Source: Chiloscyllium plagiosum (taxonomy: Eukaryota). Taken from it: a DNA stretch of 64,000 nucleotides. Within the stretch, counting starts at the first letter, position 1, and every line of letters starts with the position of its first letter. Where the stretch lies: assembly GCF_004010195.1 (NCBI RefSeq), contig NC_057718.1, positions 1,502,881 to 1,566,880 on the forward strand, read 5' to 3'. Both the position numbers and the translations under genes were made by a program. The notes below the pieces were generated by a model that saw nothing but the letters and a program-made list of their open reading frames with translations, made no database searches and was not told where the DNA came from. Of the stretch, positions 13,571 through 26,769 are shown piece after piece.

Positions 13571-15102
13571 CATAGATCAATACAGCGCAGTTACAGGCCT
13601 TTTAGCCCTCGATGTTGTGCCGACCTATGAAACCAATCTGACGCTCATCGAACCCACAGTATTCTCTGAGTAAAGAACCTACCTCTAACATCTGTGCTAT
13701 ATCTATCACCCCTCAGTTTACAGCTATGTCCCATTGTGTGAGCCATCACCATCCAAGGAAAAAGGCTCTAACTGTCCACCCTAACTAATCCTCTGATCAT
13801 CTTGTATGTCTGTATTAAGTCACCTCTTAACCCTCTTCTCTGTAATGAAAACAACCTCAAGCCCCTCAGCCTTTCCTCATAAGACCTTCCCTCCATACCA
13901 GGCAACATCCTGGTAAATCTTCTCTGCACCCTTTCCAATGCATCCGCGTCCTTCCTATAATGCGGCCACCCCAGAACTGTACGTAATAGTCCCAAGTGTG
14001 GCCGCACCAGAGTTTTGTACAGCTGCTGCATGACCTCTCAGCTCCGAAACTCAATCCCTCTACCAATAAAAGCTAACACACTGTACGTCCTCTTAACAAC
14101 CCTATCAACCTGGGTGGCAACTTTCAAGGATCTATGCCCATGGACCACCAAGATCTCTCTGCTCATCCATACTACCAAGAATCACCTCACACTTTTCCGC
14201 ATTAAACTCCATTTGCCACCTCTCAGCCCAGATCTGCAGCTTATCTATGTCCTGCTGTAACCTGCAACATTCTTCCGCACTGTCCACAACTCCACCAACT
14301 TTAGTGTCATCGGCAAATTTACTAATCCATCCTTCTACACCTTCATCCAGGTCATTTAAAAAAATGACAAACAGCAGTGGCCCCAAAACAGATCCTTGCG
14401 GTACACTACTTGTACCTGAACTCCAGGATGAATATTTCCCATCAATCACCACCCGCTGTCTTCTTTAGATTAGATTAGATTAGATTAGATTAGATTAGAT
14501 TAGATTAGATTACAGTGTGGAAACAGGCCCTTCGGCCCAACAAGTCCACACCGACCCGCCGAAGCGAAACCCACCCACACCCCTACATTTACCCCTTACC
14601 TAACACTCTGGGCAATTTAGTATGGCCAATTCACCTGACCCTGCACATCTTTGGACTGTGGGAGGAAACCGGAGCACCCGGAGAAAACCCACGCAGACAC
14701 GGGGAGAACGTGCAAACTCAACACAGTCAGTCGCCTGAGGCGGGAATTGAACCCGGGTCTCTGGCGCTGTGAGGCAGCAGTGCTAACCACTGTGCCACCG
14801 TGCCGCCCACGGTGCCAATTTCAGCTAGCCAATTTCTGATCCAAATCACTAAATCACCCTCAATCCCATGTCTCCGTATTTAGTGCAATAGCCTACCGTG
14901 TGGAACCTTATCAAACGCTTTACTGAAATCCATATACTCCACATCAACTGCTTTACTCTCATCCACCTGTTTGGTCACCTCAAAGAACTCAGTAAGGTTT
15001 GTGAGGCATGACCTACTCTTCACAAAGTCATGTCGACTATCCCTAATCAACTTATTCTTTTCTAGATGATTATAAATCCTATCTCATATAATCCTATCCA
15101 CC
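13571..15102 (-). mobile_element. CR1 LINE 3' portion, split by a SINE
   Basis: SVPQGSVLGPLLF, SKFADDTKVGG, LERVQRRFTRMLPG. Confidence 0.9.
14466..14810 (-). mobile_element. HE1-type SINE with long (AATCT)n tail
   Basis: Reverse complement of 4029-4328; about 9 TAGAT units on the plus strand. Confidence 0.9.
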
Positions 15103-15830
15103 GAACATTTGTGTTCTTCTTTGGCAAATCTGTTAGCAGTGCCATTATGTTGCTGAAGTTTGGGAACAAACTTCTGGTAGAATCTTAGTCCCAAAACTTG
15201 AAGCATCTCTTTCTTTGAGGATGGTCATGGAAATTCCTCGATGGCCTTCGTTTTGGCATTCCATGGAGTCAACCTTCCATGACTGATGTTATGTCCCATG
15301 AATGTCACCTCTGCTTTCGCAAATTCTGTTTTCTTTAAGTTTATTACCAGTTTTGCTTCTCTTTATCATTCAAAGAAGTCTGTCAAATGTACTATGATCT
15401 TTCCATGACTCAGTAAAGATAACACAACATCCAGACAAACTGCACAATTTGTTCACCCAGCCACAATTCTCTTCATGAGTCATTGGAATGTGGCTGGTGC
15501 GTCATTTTGAATTGATACAATCCCTTTGGGGTCTCTAATGCAAAAACTTCCTTCGCTTTCTTTGATAAAGGTACCTGCCAATAACCATGCGGTCAGTCCA
15601 ACTTTGTGATATAAGTGGTTTGTCCAACTTTCTCTATACTGTCCTCCAATCTTGGTTTTGGGTATGAGTTCAATTTTGTTATGGCGTTGACCTTCCGATA
15701 GTCCACACAAAATCGTTGAGTCCCATCAGGTTTGGGAACTAACACAATTGGCGAACTTTACTGACTCTGACTCGGTTCAATATCTTCATTGAGTATTGCA
15801 TCCACTTCCTTCTGGACCAGTGTGGCTTTG

Positions 15831-17748
15831 AATGAAATCAGGAGGGCAAAAAAGGGACATGAGATAGCTTTGGCAAATAGAATTAAAGAGAATCCAAAGG
15901 GTTTTTACAAATACATTAAACACAAAAGGGTAACTAAGGAAAGAATAGGGTCCCTCAAAGATTAGATTAGATTACTTACAATGTGGAAACAGGCCCTTCG
16001 GCCCAACAAGTCCACACCGACTTGCCGAAGCGCAACCCACCCAGACCCATTCCCCAACATTTACCCCTGCACCTAACACTACGGGCAATTTAGCATGGCC
16101 AATTCACCTGACTTGCACATTTTTGGACTGTGGGAGGAAACCAGAGCACCCGGAGGAAACCCGCGCAGACACGGGGAGAATGTGCAAACTCCACACAGTC
16201 AATCACCTGAGGCGGGAATTGAACCCGGATCTCTGGCGCTGTGAGGCAACAGTGCTAACCACTGTGCCACCGTGCCGCCCACGGTCAGCAAGGCGGCCTT
16301 TGTGTGGAGCAGCAGGAGTTCGGGGAGATACTAAATGAGAATTTTGCATCAGTATTTACTGTGGAAAAGGACATGGAAGAAATAGAATGTAGGGAAATAG
16401 ATGGTGACATCTTGAAAAACGTCCATATTACAGAGGAGGAAGTACTGGATGTCTTGGAACGGGTAAAGGTGGATAAATCCCCAGGACCTGATCAGGTGTA
16501 CCCTAGAACTCTGTAGGAAGCTAGGGAAGTGATTGCTGGGCCTCTTGCTGAGATATTTGTATTATCGATAGTCACAGGTGAGGTGCTGGAAGACTGGAGG
16601 GTGGCTAACGTGGTGCCACTGTTGAAGAAGGGTGGTAAGGACAAGCCAGGGAACTATAGATCAGTGACCCTGACATCAGTGGTGGGCACGATGTTGGAGG
16701 GAATCCTGTGGGATAGGATGTACATCTATTTTGAAAGGCAAGGACTGATTAGGGATCTGCTTTGTGCGTGGGAAATCATGTCTCACAAACTTGATTGAGT
16801 TTTTTGAAGAANNNNNNNNNNNNNNNNNNNNNNNNNNNNNNNNNNNNNNNNNNNNNNNNNNNNNNNNNNNNNNNNNNNNNNNNNNNNNNNNNNNNNNNNN
16901 NNNNNNNNNNNNNNNNNNNNNNNNNNNNNNNNNNNNNNNNNNNNNNNNNNNNNNNNNNNNNNNNNNNNNNNNNNNNNNNNNNNNNNNNNNNNNNNNNNNN
17001 NNNNNNNNNNNNNNNNNNNNNNNNNNNNNNNNNNNNNNNNNNNNNNNNNNNNNNNNNNNNNNNNNNNNNNNNNNNNNNNNNNNNNNNNNNNNNNNNNNNN
17101 NNNNNNNNNNNNNNNNNNNNNNNNNNNNNNNNNNNNNNNNNNNNNNNNNNNNNNNNNNNNNNNNNNNNNNNNNNNNNNNNNNNNNNNNNNNNNNNNNNNN
17201 NNNNNNNNNNNNNNNNNNNNNNNNNNNNNNNNNNNNNNNNNNNNNNNNNNNNNNNNNNNNNNNNNNNNNNNNNNNNNNNNNNNNNNNNNNNNNNNNNNNN
17301 NNNNNNNNNNNNNNNNNNNNNNNNNNNNNNNNNNNNNNNNNNNNNNNNNNNNNNNNNNNNNNNNNNNNNNNNNNNNNNNNNNNNNNNNNNNNNNNNNNNN
17401 NNNNNNNNNNNNNNNNNNNNNNNNNNNNNNNNNNNNNNNNNNNNNNNNNNNNNNNNNNNNNNNNNNNNNNNNNNNNNNNNNNNNNNNNNNNNNNNNNNNN
17501 NNNNNNNNNNNNNNNNNNNNNNNNNNNNNNNNNNNNNNNNNNNNNNGCCAGAGGAAGTGGTGGAGGCTGGTACAATTGCAACATTTAAGAGGCATTTGGA
17601 TGGGTCTATGAATAGGAAGGGTTTGGAGGGATATGGGCCGGGTGCTGGCAGGTGGGACTAGATTGGGTTGGGATATCTGGTCAGCATGGACGGGTTGGAC
17701 CGAAGGGTCTGTTTCCATGCTGTACATCTCTATGACTCTATGCCTCTA
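15831..17748 (+). mobile_element. Young CR1 LINE containing a SINE and N gap 16812-17546
   Basis: DKSPGPDQVYPRTL, WRVANVVPLLKKG, KSCLTNLIEFFE; 3' end nearly identical to 12919-13102. Confidence 0.9.
15961..16281 (-). mobile_element. HE1-type SINE
   Basis: Near-identical to 14466-14810. Confidence 0.9.
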
Positions 17749-18544
17749 AGTGTGTAGGGGTGTTGTTTTATCGGGACAGTATTCCCTACCTCCACCTCAT
17801 GCACAATAGTATTAGTCCTCTCCATCTTATTCTTGCATATGTCCTCAGGATGCTATAACAAACCTTTCAACTGGGTTCTTTGCTCCTGAGACAGATAGTT
17901 CACTTCCTCATTGTTTAATGTATTTTGAGGTACATCAAAATCCACCTCATCTGGATTTGATTCCTCACTCTGCAGAGCAGTAAATAACACCAGTTTCTCT
18001 TGTTCCCTGTGTCTATTATTATAAAGTTTCAACATATACACATAACATACCCAATACAGTTTTTTTCTATCCAGCATCTTTACCAGATAGTTTAAATTTT
18101 TTTTCTCAGTTTGATAGGGACCACTAAATCTGCCTTTGAAGGGATCTCCTACCACTGGTAACAACAATAATACATCACCCCACGGGAAAATGTCTGAATT
18201 TCAGAGTTTTATCTGCCACCTGCTTCATTCTATGCTGAACCCTCTTTAATTGCCGTTTAGCTAAATCAGTTTCATCTCTCCCTCACCTCAGATACATAAT
18301 CCAAGTGTGAGATCTCCAACTTCAGTCCTGTTAATTTCTCTTTAGTTAATTTCAAAGGGTCTCTCACTTCATGCCCGAATATTAACTCAAACGGAGAAAA
18401 CTGGGTAGATTATTTGGGCATCTCTAATGGAAAACAATACGAATGGAATATCTTTATCCAAATGATTCAGGTAATCCTTACAATATCCTCTTAATATGGT
18501 CTTCAGGGTCTGATGCCACCTTTCTAAAGCTCTCTGGGATTCAG

Positions 18545-18770
18545 AGTCGCAAGTGTGGTACTAGAAAAGCACAGAATGTCAGGCAGCATCTGAGGAGCAG
18601 GAGAATTTATGTTTTGGGCATAAGCCCTTCATCAGGATGGGCATTCCTGATGAAGGGCTTATGCCCGAAACGTCGATTCTCCTGCTCCTTGGATGCTGCC
18701 TGAGCTGCTGTATTTTTCTAGCACCACACTCTCGACTCTGATCTCCAGCATCTCCAGTCCTCACTTTCTC
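18545..18770. mobile_element. Palindromic PLE-terminus insertion (family A) inside Gypsy integrase
   Basis: About 95 bp inverted arms centred near 18640 plus about 30 bp tail; 13/15 TSD CTC(T/C)CT(G/C)GGATTCAG; removal restores AYHPESQRALERWHQTL. Confidence 0.85.
18643..18678 (+). ncRNA. Putative minimal type I hammerhead ribozyme motif
   Basis: attc-CTGATGA-a-GGGC ttat GCCC-GAAA-CGTC-gatt; intact core, weak stem I. Confidence 0.65.
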
Positions 18771-18828
18771 CTCCCTCGGATTCAGGATGGTATGCACTTG
18801 ATTTAAAGTGCTGGATGCCTAAGCTATC

Positions 18829-19033
18829 CATGATTTGGAGATGCCAGTATTGGACTAGGGTGTACAAAGTTAAAAATCACACATCACCAGGTTATAGACT
18901 AACAGATTTATTTGGAAGCATTATCTTTCGGAACACTGCTCCTTCATCAGGTGTTTGTGGAGAATAAGATCATAAGTCACAGAATTTATAGCAAAGATTT
19001 ACAGTGTGATGTAACTGAAATTATGTATTGAAA
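18829..19033 (-). mobile_element. PLE 3' terminus (family B) with hammerhead-like core
   Basis: Minus strand CTGATGAAGGAGCAGTGTTCCGAAAG; homologous to 59995-60120, which is attached to a GIY-YIG C-terminus. Confidence 0.7.
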
Positions 19034-19049
19034 TTTTCAATTTTTTTTC

Positions 19050-19560
19050 AATTAATGGGATGGAGATGAAGAGCGAAGGTAGTGATATATACAAATATGT
19101 TAAAACACTGCCACATTTTGATGAGAAAAATGTCGAAGCCTTCTTTAGTTCATTTGAAAAATTGGCTAGGCAGATGGAGTAGTCAGAGGACTTGTGGATA
19201 ATGCTTAATGCTAATTCATACTAAAATGGTAGGCAGAGCTAGTGAGGTATTTGCAGCGCTGTCACATGAGGGGTCAAGAGGTTAGGAAGTCGTCAACCAG
19301 GCTATTTTGAGTGCACATGCATTGGTACAAGAAGCGTATGCACAGCGGTTCAGAAACGTAAAGAAGGGACCAAGTCAAACTTATGTTGAGTTTGAAAGAA
19401 TTAAACATAGTAATTTTGATAAATGGGTGTGGGCCTTAAAAATAGATAAGACCTATGAGTCTTTAAGAGAGATTATTCTGCTGGAGGAGTTCAAAAACTC
19501 ACTTTTCAAGATGATAACAATTAATATGGATGAACAGAAAGTTCAAGATGAGAGAAGAGT
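19050..19560 (+). mobile_element. Gmr1-type gag fragment (SCAN-related capsid region), antisense to host element
   Basis: LPHFDEKNVEAFFSSFEKLA, EAYAQRFRNVKK, LREIILLEEFKNSL. Confidence 0.8.
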
Positions 19561-19561
19561 A

Positions 19562-20633
19562 ATCGCCCGATGGTAGAAGACAGAGAGTGGTGGTGGAGTG
19601 TTGTTTTTCAGACTGGAGGCCTGTGACCAGTGGAGTGTCACAAGGATCGGCGCTGGGTCCACTACCTTTGGTCATTTATATAAATGAATTGTATATGAAC
19701 ATAGGAGGCACAGCTAGTAAGTTTGCAGATGACACCAAAATTGGAAGTGTAGTGGACAGCGAAGAAGGTTACGTCATAATACAATGGGGTCATGATCAGA
19801 TAGGCCAGTGTGCTGAGGAGTGGCAGATGCATTTTAATTTAAATAAATACAAGATGCTGCATTTTCGAAAAGCAAATCTGAGCAGGCCTTATATACTTAA
19901 AGGTAAGGTCAGAGGGAGCGTTGCTGAACAAAGAGACCTTGGAGTGCAGGTTCATAACTCCTTGAAAGTAGAGTTGCAGGTAGGTAGAATAGTGAAGAAG
20001 GCATTTGGTATGCTTTCCTTGGTCAGAGTAGAGTACAGGAGTTGGGAGGTCATATTGCGGCTGTACAGGACACTGGTTAGGCCACTGTTGAAATATTGCG
20101 TGCAATTCTGGTCTTCTTTATCGGAAGGATGTTGTGAAACTTGAAAGGGTTCAGAACAGATTTACATGGATGTTGCCAGGGTTGGGCAATTTGAGTTATA
20201 GGGAGAGGTTGAATAGGCTGGGGCTGTTTTCTCTGAAGTGTCGGAGGCTGAGGGGTGACTTCATAAAGGTTTACAAAATCATGATGGGCATGGATAGGAT
20301 AAATAGACAAAAGTCTTTTCCCTTGGGTGAGGGAGTCCAGAACTAGAGGGCATAGGCTTAAGGTGAGAGGGGAAAGATATAAAAGGGACCGAAGGGGCAA
20401 CTTTTTCATGCAGAGGGTGGTGTGTGTATGTAATGAGCTGCCAGAGGAAGTGGTGGAGGCTGGTAAAATTGCAGTGTTTAAAATGCATCTGGATGGGTAT
20501 ATAAATAGAAAGGCTGTGGAGGGATTTGGGCAAAGTGCTGGCAAATGGGCTAGATTAGGTTAGGATATCTGGTCAACGTGGATGAGTTGGACCGAAGTGT
20601 CTGTTTCCGTACTGTACATCTCTATGACTCTAT
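19562..20633 (+). mobile_element. CR1 LINE 3' 1.1 kb
   Basis: SGVSQGSALGP, SKFADDTK, LYRTLVRPLLKYCVQFW; CTATGACTCTAT end. Confidence 0.9.
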
Positions 20634-20875
20634 AACATCAGTCATGGAAGATTGACTCCAAGGACCGCAAAGACAAAGGTCTTGTGGAAGTTCCACAAAC
20701 AACCTTGAGGAAAGAGGTGCTTTGAATTTTGGGACTGAATGGATTCTACCGGAAGTTTGTTCCAAACATCAGCAGCATAGTGTCCCCATTAACAGATTTG
20801 TTGAAGAAGAACACAAAAGGTTGGTGGACAGAACAATGCCAGGAGATATTTGACAATTTAAAAGCAGTATTAACC
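20634..20875 (+). mobile_element. Gypsy RT-RNase H connection fragment
   Basis: GLNGFYRKFVPNISSIVSPLTDLLKK; diverged copy of minus-strand 15105-15290. Confidence 0.75.
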
Positions 20876-22344
20876 TCTCTCTCTCTCTCTCTCGACAAAA
20901 CAATAAATTCAAACTCGATTAGGTTTTAGTATCCTGGGGCATAATTTAATCTGATTGATTAAATTTGAATTGTTGTCACAACAGCAACCAACTCTGGTAT
21001 CTTTTTCACAGCCAAATATTGCATATTTTCAATTTTCCACTACACTCTGAGACTGCTAGTTCATCATATGACAGGTGCTTGTTAGCTCTCAGTGCAAAAC
21101 AGCATTCACTCCCTCTTAAAGGTAGAGTACACACCTCAACTTCATAACTATTGTCATGACTGTGGGATTAGCATGAATCGATAGCCAATGCACTACCCCA
21201 ATGAGGTGTGACACTATAAACAAGCGTAGGTGATGTATCCTCTCTAACCTGCTCCACCATATAATAAGATCATGGCCAACCTGATTGCGATCTCTCCACA
21301 TTCCCACCAATCTGTTATCACGTTTTAGTCCCCTATCGGTCAAGAACCTATCTACCTATGCCTTAAAAACATTTCAGCTCCACCATTCTCTGGGGAAGAG
21401 AGTTTCAAAGATACACAACTTTTGACAGAAAAAACTCCTGCTCATCTCTGCCTTAAATAGGACATTCCTCATTTTGAAACTGTCTCCCCTATCTACCGAC
21501 TCTATCGGCCTGCTTTAATTCTGTATCTTTTGAAAGCTACTGATGTTCTATCTAAGTTATAAGTAAATTCATGGCACAATACTGACTGTTTACTAGCAGT
21601 GTTTCTTTTGAGATTACATGTGTGGCCACACATCAATCTTAAAGAGATTATGCAGTATAATAAGCCAGCTGAATATGGCAACCAGATGTTAGAGTGAACA
21701 GTGACCAAGGCCAGTAGAAGTATAACATTTGTAGATTTTAAACCTCCACGTGGACCTGCATCCCATAACCTTTTGAAGGAAAGTCTTGGAAGATTTACCT
21801 GTGGTCAATCTCACAGTGAAGCAGACTGGGAAAAGTGATTTGCAGTCAGTGTTGCAGTGAAGCAGACTGAGGTGTGGGGCTATGAGTTCTTATTGTCGAA
21901 AAAAAGGATGACACCGTTAAAGGTTCATTGGCTGATAACGGAAAGGGAGATTTGAAGGCAAGAAGATCAAACCAAACATCAAATCAAGGCCTAATACAGA
22001 CACATAATTCTGCTCCTATATCTTATGGTCTTTTCTTGTTAAACATAGTGTAAACATTCATAAAATACTTAAAAAGCAACATAAATAAGTGAATAATATG
22101 ACTAAATAATTAATTCAAATCACAATTATTATGACACAGAAGGAGGCCATTTAGCCCATCATGCCTGCATTGGCTCTATTAACTATTCCAACTCTATTGC
22201 GTAGTGCCAATCTTCTGTCCTTTCTACCTATTCCTGCACACCATTACCATCCAAAAAAATCCAATGTCCTCTTGAATCCCTCAGTAGAACTTACCTCCAC
22301 ACATTCCAAATGGTCCATTAGAACAGGCAATCCATTAGAATGGC

Positions 22345-23297
22345 AAAGAACATAGAACAATACAGCACAGAACAAAACCTTCGGCCCTCGATGTTCCGCT
22401 GACTTGTGAACTAACCTAAGCCCATCCCCTACACTATCCTATCATCATCCATGTGCTTATCCAAGGATTGTTTAAACCTTCCGAATGTAGCTGAATTAAC
22501 TACATTGGCAGGCAGGGCGTTTCATGTCTTTACCACTCTCCGAATAAAGAACTTGCCTCTGACATCTGTCTTTAAATCTGTCAACCCTCGTACAAGGTGA
22601 CGTCATCATCCTAGGAAAAAGACTTTCACTGTCTACCCTATCTAATCCTCTGATAATCTTGTATGTCTCTATCAAATCCCCCCTTCTCTCCAATGAGAAC
22701 AGACCCAAGTCCATCAGCCTTTCCTCATAGGACCTTCCCTCCAGACCAGGCAACATCCTGGTAAATCTCCTCTGCACCTTTTCCAATGCTTCCACATCCT
22801 TTCTGTAATGGGGCGACCAGAACTGTACACAATATTCCAAGTGTGGCCGCACTTCTTAACAGCACCATCAACCTGAGTGGCAACTTTCAAGGATCTATGT
22901 ACATGGACTCCAAGATCCCTCTGCAGATCCACACTACCAAGAATCTATGCAGTGACCCAGTATTCTGCCTTCCTGTTATTCTTCCCAAAGTGCATCACCT
23001 CACATTTATCTGCATTGAAATCCATTTGCCACTTCTCAGCCCAATTCTGCAGTTTATTCAAGTCCCCTTGCAACCTGCAACATTCTTCCACACTGTCTAC
23101 CTCTCCATTGACTTTAGTGTCATCTGCAAACTTACTAACCCATCCACCTATACCTACATCCAAGTCATTTATAAAAGTGACAAACAGCATTGGTCCCAAA
23201 ACAGATCCTTGTGGCACACCACTAGTAACCGTACTCCAGGCTGAATATTTTCCATCAACTACCACTTGCTGCCTTCTTACAGAAAGCCATTTCTAAT
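22345..23297 (-). mobile_element. CR1 LINE 3' portion
   Basis: SGVPQGSVLGP, SKFADDTK, RPHLEYCVQFWSPHY. Confidence 0.9.
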
Positions 23298-23328
23298 GGC
23301 AATAAAGGGCAGACATTTCTTTGGTAAA

Positions 23329-23866
23329 GTCTAGACTAGAATGGTGCTGGAAAAGCACAGCAGGTCAGGCAGCATCCGAGGAGCAGGAAAATCGACGTTT
23401 CGGGTAAAAGTCCTTCATCAGGAATAGAGGCGGGGTGTCTGCAGTGTGTAGAGATAAATGAGAGGGAGGTAGGGGTGGGGAGAAAGTAGCATAGAGTACA
23501 ATAGGTGAATGGGGGTCGGGATGGAGGTGATAGGTCAGAGAGGAGGGTGGAGTGGATAGGTGGGAAGGAAGATAGGCAGGTAGGACAGGTCATGAGGACG
23601 GTGCTGAGCTGGAAGGTTGGAGCTGGGGTGAGGTGGGGGAAGGGGAAATGAGGAAACTGGTGATATCTACATTGAAGCCATGGGTTGGAAGTGTTCTGAG
23701 GCATAAGATGAGGAACGCCTCATCTTCTGCCTTGGAAGAATGCCTCATCTTCCGCCTGAAACATCAGTTTTCCTGCTCCTCGGATGCTGCCTGATCTGTT
23801 GTGCTTGTCCAGCACCACTCTAATCTAGACTCTGGTTTCCAGCATCTGCAGTCCTTGTTTTTACTT
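23329..23866. mobile_element. Asymmetric inverted PLE insertion (family A)
   Basis: 14-bp TSD ATTTCTTTGGTAAA at 23315-23328 and 23867-23880; long minus arm with hammerhead core near 23389-23425, short plus arm with tail. Confidence 0.85.
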
Positions 23867-24259
23867 ATTTCTTTGGTAAATGTTTGAAGGTGAAGTAGTT
23901 TCAGCTGAAGAATTTGATTTGGAGGCTGAAAAACAGACACTGTGATGGAACGGGGTGGGGTGATGGGTGTGGTGTGTGGAATTATCTGGATTCTTTGTAC
24001 CCCCAGGAGGTAGTCACATCTTTTAAGATTGGATGTTCTGATATGATCCATGATCAGGGCATGTCTACAGGTGCGGCAGGGAAGGGGACCGAGAGGACAG
24101 GAGTGCTGAACGTGTAATTGTGCAACAGTTTTGAGGTTCTACCAGTTTGTTTGGATGAGGTCAAGGGCTGTTGGATGGGATGAGCTAAAATGCCTTGGCA
24201 TTGTATGCCATTCAAGGTGGTGGAACTAAGAGAAATATAGTGATAGTGAAAAAAAATTG

Positions 24260-24560
24260 GAATTAGAATTCCAACAGAATGTAAACAAGGCCCTTCGGCC
24301 CAACAAGTCCGCTCCAAATTAACCCACCCAGACCCATTCCTCTACCCTGTATTTACCCCTGACTAAGGCACTTGACACTATGGACAATTTAGCAAAGCAA
24401 ATTCACCTAACCTGCACATCTTTGGACTGTGGGAGGAAACTGGAGCACCTGGAGGAAACCCACACAGACACAGGGAGAATGTGTAAACTTCACACAGACA
24501 ATCGCCCGAGGCAAGAATTGAACCCGATTCCCTAGTGCTATGAGGCAGCAGTGCTAACCA
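24260..24560 (-). mobile_element. Older HE1-related SINE
   Basis: Homologous body and A/B boxes on the minus strand. Confidence 0.8.
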
Positions 24561-24599
24561 CTGAGCCACCATACCACTGGGATGAGGAGGTAGGCACCA

Positions 24600-25650
24600 G
24601 ATTCTGAAGCTGAACCTCAAAAGCTGAACCTTGGCATAGAGTGAACAAGGTTAGACAGATAAATGTATAGCTAAAAGACTGGGTTAGGAGGAGTGGGTTC
24701 TAGTTGGTGGCACACTCACACCAATAGCAAGGAAAATGGGATCCATGCAGTTGAGATGGCCTCCACCTAAACTTTACAGGGAATGGTGTTACGCAAACTG
24801 GGTAAATAGGAGAGTAGAGCACGTTTAAAACTAAACAGTGAAGGAAATGGCCCAAATTTGGAAAGTTGCGGTGAATCAAAGAGTGAGAAAAATTTAACAG
24901 AGGAAGGAATTAATGTGAGAATGATAAGCAGGCACTGATAGGCAAGTACAGAGAATGCAGCTCAAAGAGAAATCAGCAGAGAAGACCAAAGGATACAAAA
25001 ATAATTCACGGACAAAACTTAAGGCACTGTATTTGAATGCACATAACATTCAAAACAAAACAGATGAATTTGTGGTACAAACAGAGATAAGTAAGCAAGA
25101 CCCAGCTGAGACATAGTTGCAGGATGATCTAGATTGGGACCTGAATATTGAGGGATATGTAACATTTAGGAAGGACAGGAAGTGAGGAAAGGGTGTAGGA
25201 GTGGCTTTTTAAATTAAAGATGATATTGGCACAACAGAGAGGGATGGCCTAAATTCAGTAAACCAGGACATGGAAGCAGTCTGGAAAAAGATGAGGAATG
25301 ATAAAGGTAAGAAGTCACTTGTGGGATTTGTGTACAGACCCCCTAACAGTAACCTCATGGTAGGGCAGGATATCACTGGAGTGAAATTGTTAATTTTAGC
25401 ACAAAAAAAACAAGAAATTTATTATCTAAGTGATGAGAAGTTGAGAGAGACCTGAGCATGAATTTCAGAAGATTAGTATGCAGATACAGCAAGAAATCAG
25501 GAAAGCTAATAGAATAGTATGTTTTTTTGTGAGAAGCATTGAATGTAAGAATAATTCACCTTACTGAGGGCATTGGTGAGACCTCATCTGAAGCATTGCT
25601 CACAAAACTGAGCAGCATATTTATAGAAGACTCTTAATGCATTGCAAACA
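24600..25650 (+). mobile_element. Old CR1 fragments: ORF1 end, endonuclease, RT C-terminus
   Basis: DGLHLN-like segment, FRKDRK..KGVGVA, VGFVYRPPNS. Confidence 0.65.
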
Positions 25651-25651
25651 G

Positions 25652-25937
25652 TTAGATTAGATTACTTACAGTGTGGAAACAGGCCCTTCGGCCCAACAAG
25701 TCCACACCGACCCGCCGAAGTGCAACCCCCCAGACCCATTCCCCTACACCTAACACTACGGGCAATTTAGCATGGCCAATCCACCTAACCTGCACATTTT
25801 TGGACTGTGGGAGAAAACCGGAGCAAACCCACGCAGACACGGGGAGAATGTGCAAACTCCACACAGTCAGCCGCCTGAGGCGGGAATTGAACCCGGGTCT
25901 CTGGCGCTGTGAGGCAACAGTGCTTGCCACCATGCCA
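25652..25937 (-). mobile_element. HE1-type SINE
   Basis: Similar to 14466-14810, TAGAT tail. Confidence 0.9.
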
Positions 25938-26044
25938 AGAAGGTTTATTAAACCAATACCTGGACTGAATAGATTGTGTTATGAGACAAAGTTAAGCAGG
26001 CTAGGCCAGTGTCCTCGGGAGTTTAGAAGAGTTAAGAGATGAGT

Positions 26045-26400
26045 TAGAATAGAATAGAATCCCTATAGTGTGGGAACAGAACAATCAGCCCAACGGATCC
26101 ACACTAACCCTCCAAAGAGCACCTCACCCAGACCCATCCCCCTACCCTATCCCTGTTACCCTGCATTTCCCATGGCTGACACACCTAACCTACACATCCC
26201 TGGACACTATGGGTAACTTAGCATGGCCAATCCACCTAACTTGTGCATCTTTGAGCTGTGGGAGGAAACTGGGACACCAGGCATAAACCTGTGCAGACAT
26301 GGGTGCAAACTCCACACAGACAGTCGTCCAAGGGTGCAATTGGACCCCGGTCCCTGGCGCTGTGTTGCAGTAGTGCTGATCAGTGAGCCACCGTGCCGCT
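26045..26400 (-). mobile_element. Older HE1-related SINE
   Basis: Longer body variant, (ATTCT)n tail. Confidence 0.8.
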
Positions 26401-26769
26401 TCAAAATTAATTGTAACATATAAGATCCTGAGAGGACTTGACCGGATGGATGTCAAAAGCATGTTTTGTCTTGTGGGAGAATTAAAGCAGCGATGAGAAA
26501 ATATTTTTCTCTCAGCTGGTTTTGAGGCTTTTGATTCCCTTCCTCAAAAGGTAGTGGACACAGAATCTTTAAATATTTTTAAGACAGAGATAGATGGATC
26601 CTTCAAAACAAGGTAATGAAAGATTATCAGGAATATGCAGGAATGTAGAGTTGATATTAAAATCAGATCATTCACAATGTTATTGAATGGCGGTGTAGGC
26701 TACTCTTTTTCCTTCTTCATGTATTTATATATTAAAGAGATTATCAAATTTCAGATGAGATGTGGGAGA

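Larger units (their letters stand above)
11608..21149 (-). mobile_element. Full span of heavily nested Gmr1-type Gypsy element
   Basis: ATTG 4-bp TSD at 11604-11607 and 21150-21153; minus-strand integrase 18830-17850, RT 17800-17750 and 15830-15105, RNase H end (IAGCKNVIADTV) near 13560-13480; partial LTR 20895-21149. Confidence 0.8.

Noticed and set aside
16676..17727. Long ORFs of 274-314 aa (also 12403-13145)
   Set aside because: Artefacts of translating through N gaps.
19307..19576. Domesticated SCAN-domain gene
   Set aside because: Stops upstream, truncation by a CR1 and position inside an LTR element nest indicate a decayed gag.
21500..22140. Possible site of DNAJC27 exon 2 (also checked 5400-5600 and 32000-32990)
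   Set aside because: No SCIIKRYCEKRF or TIGIDYGVT-like coding sequence was seen by eye.
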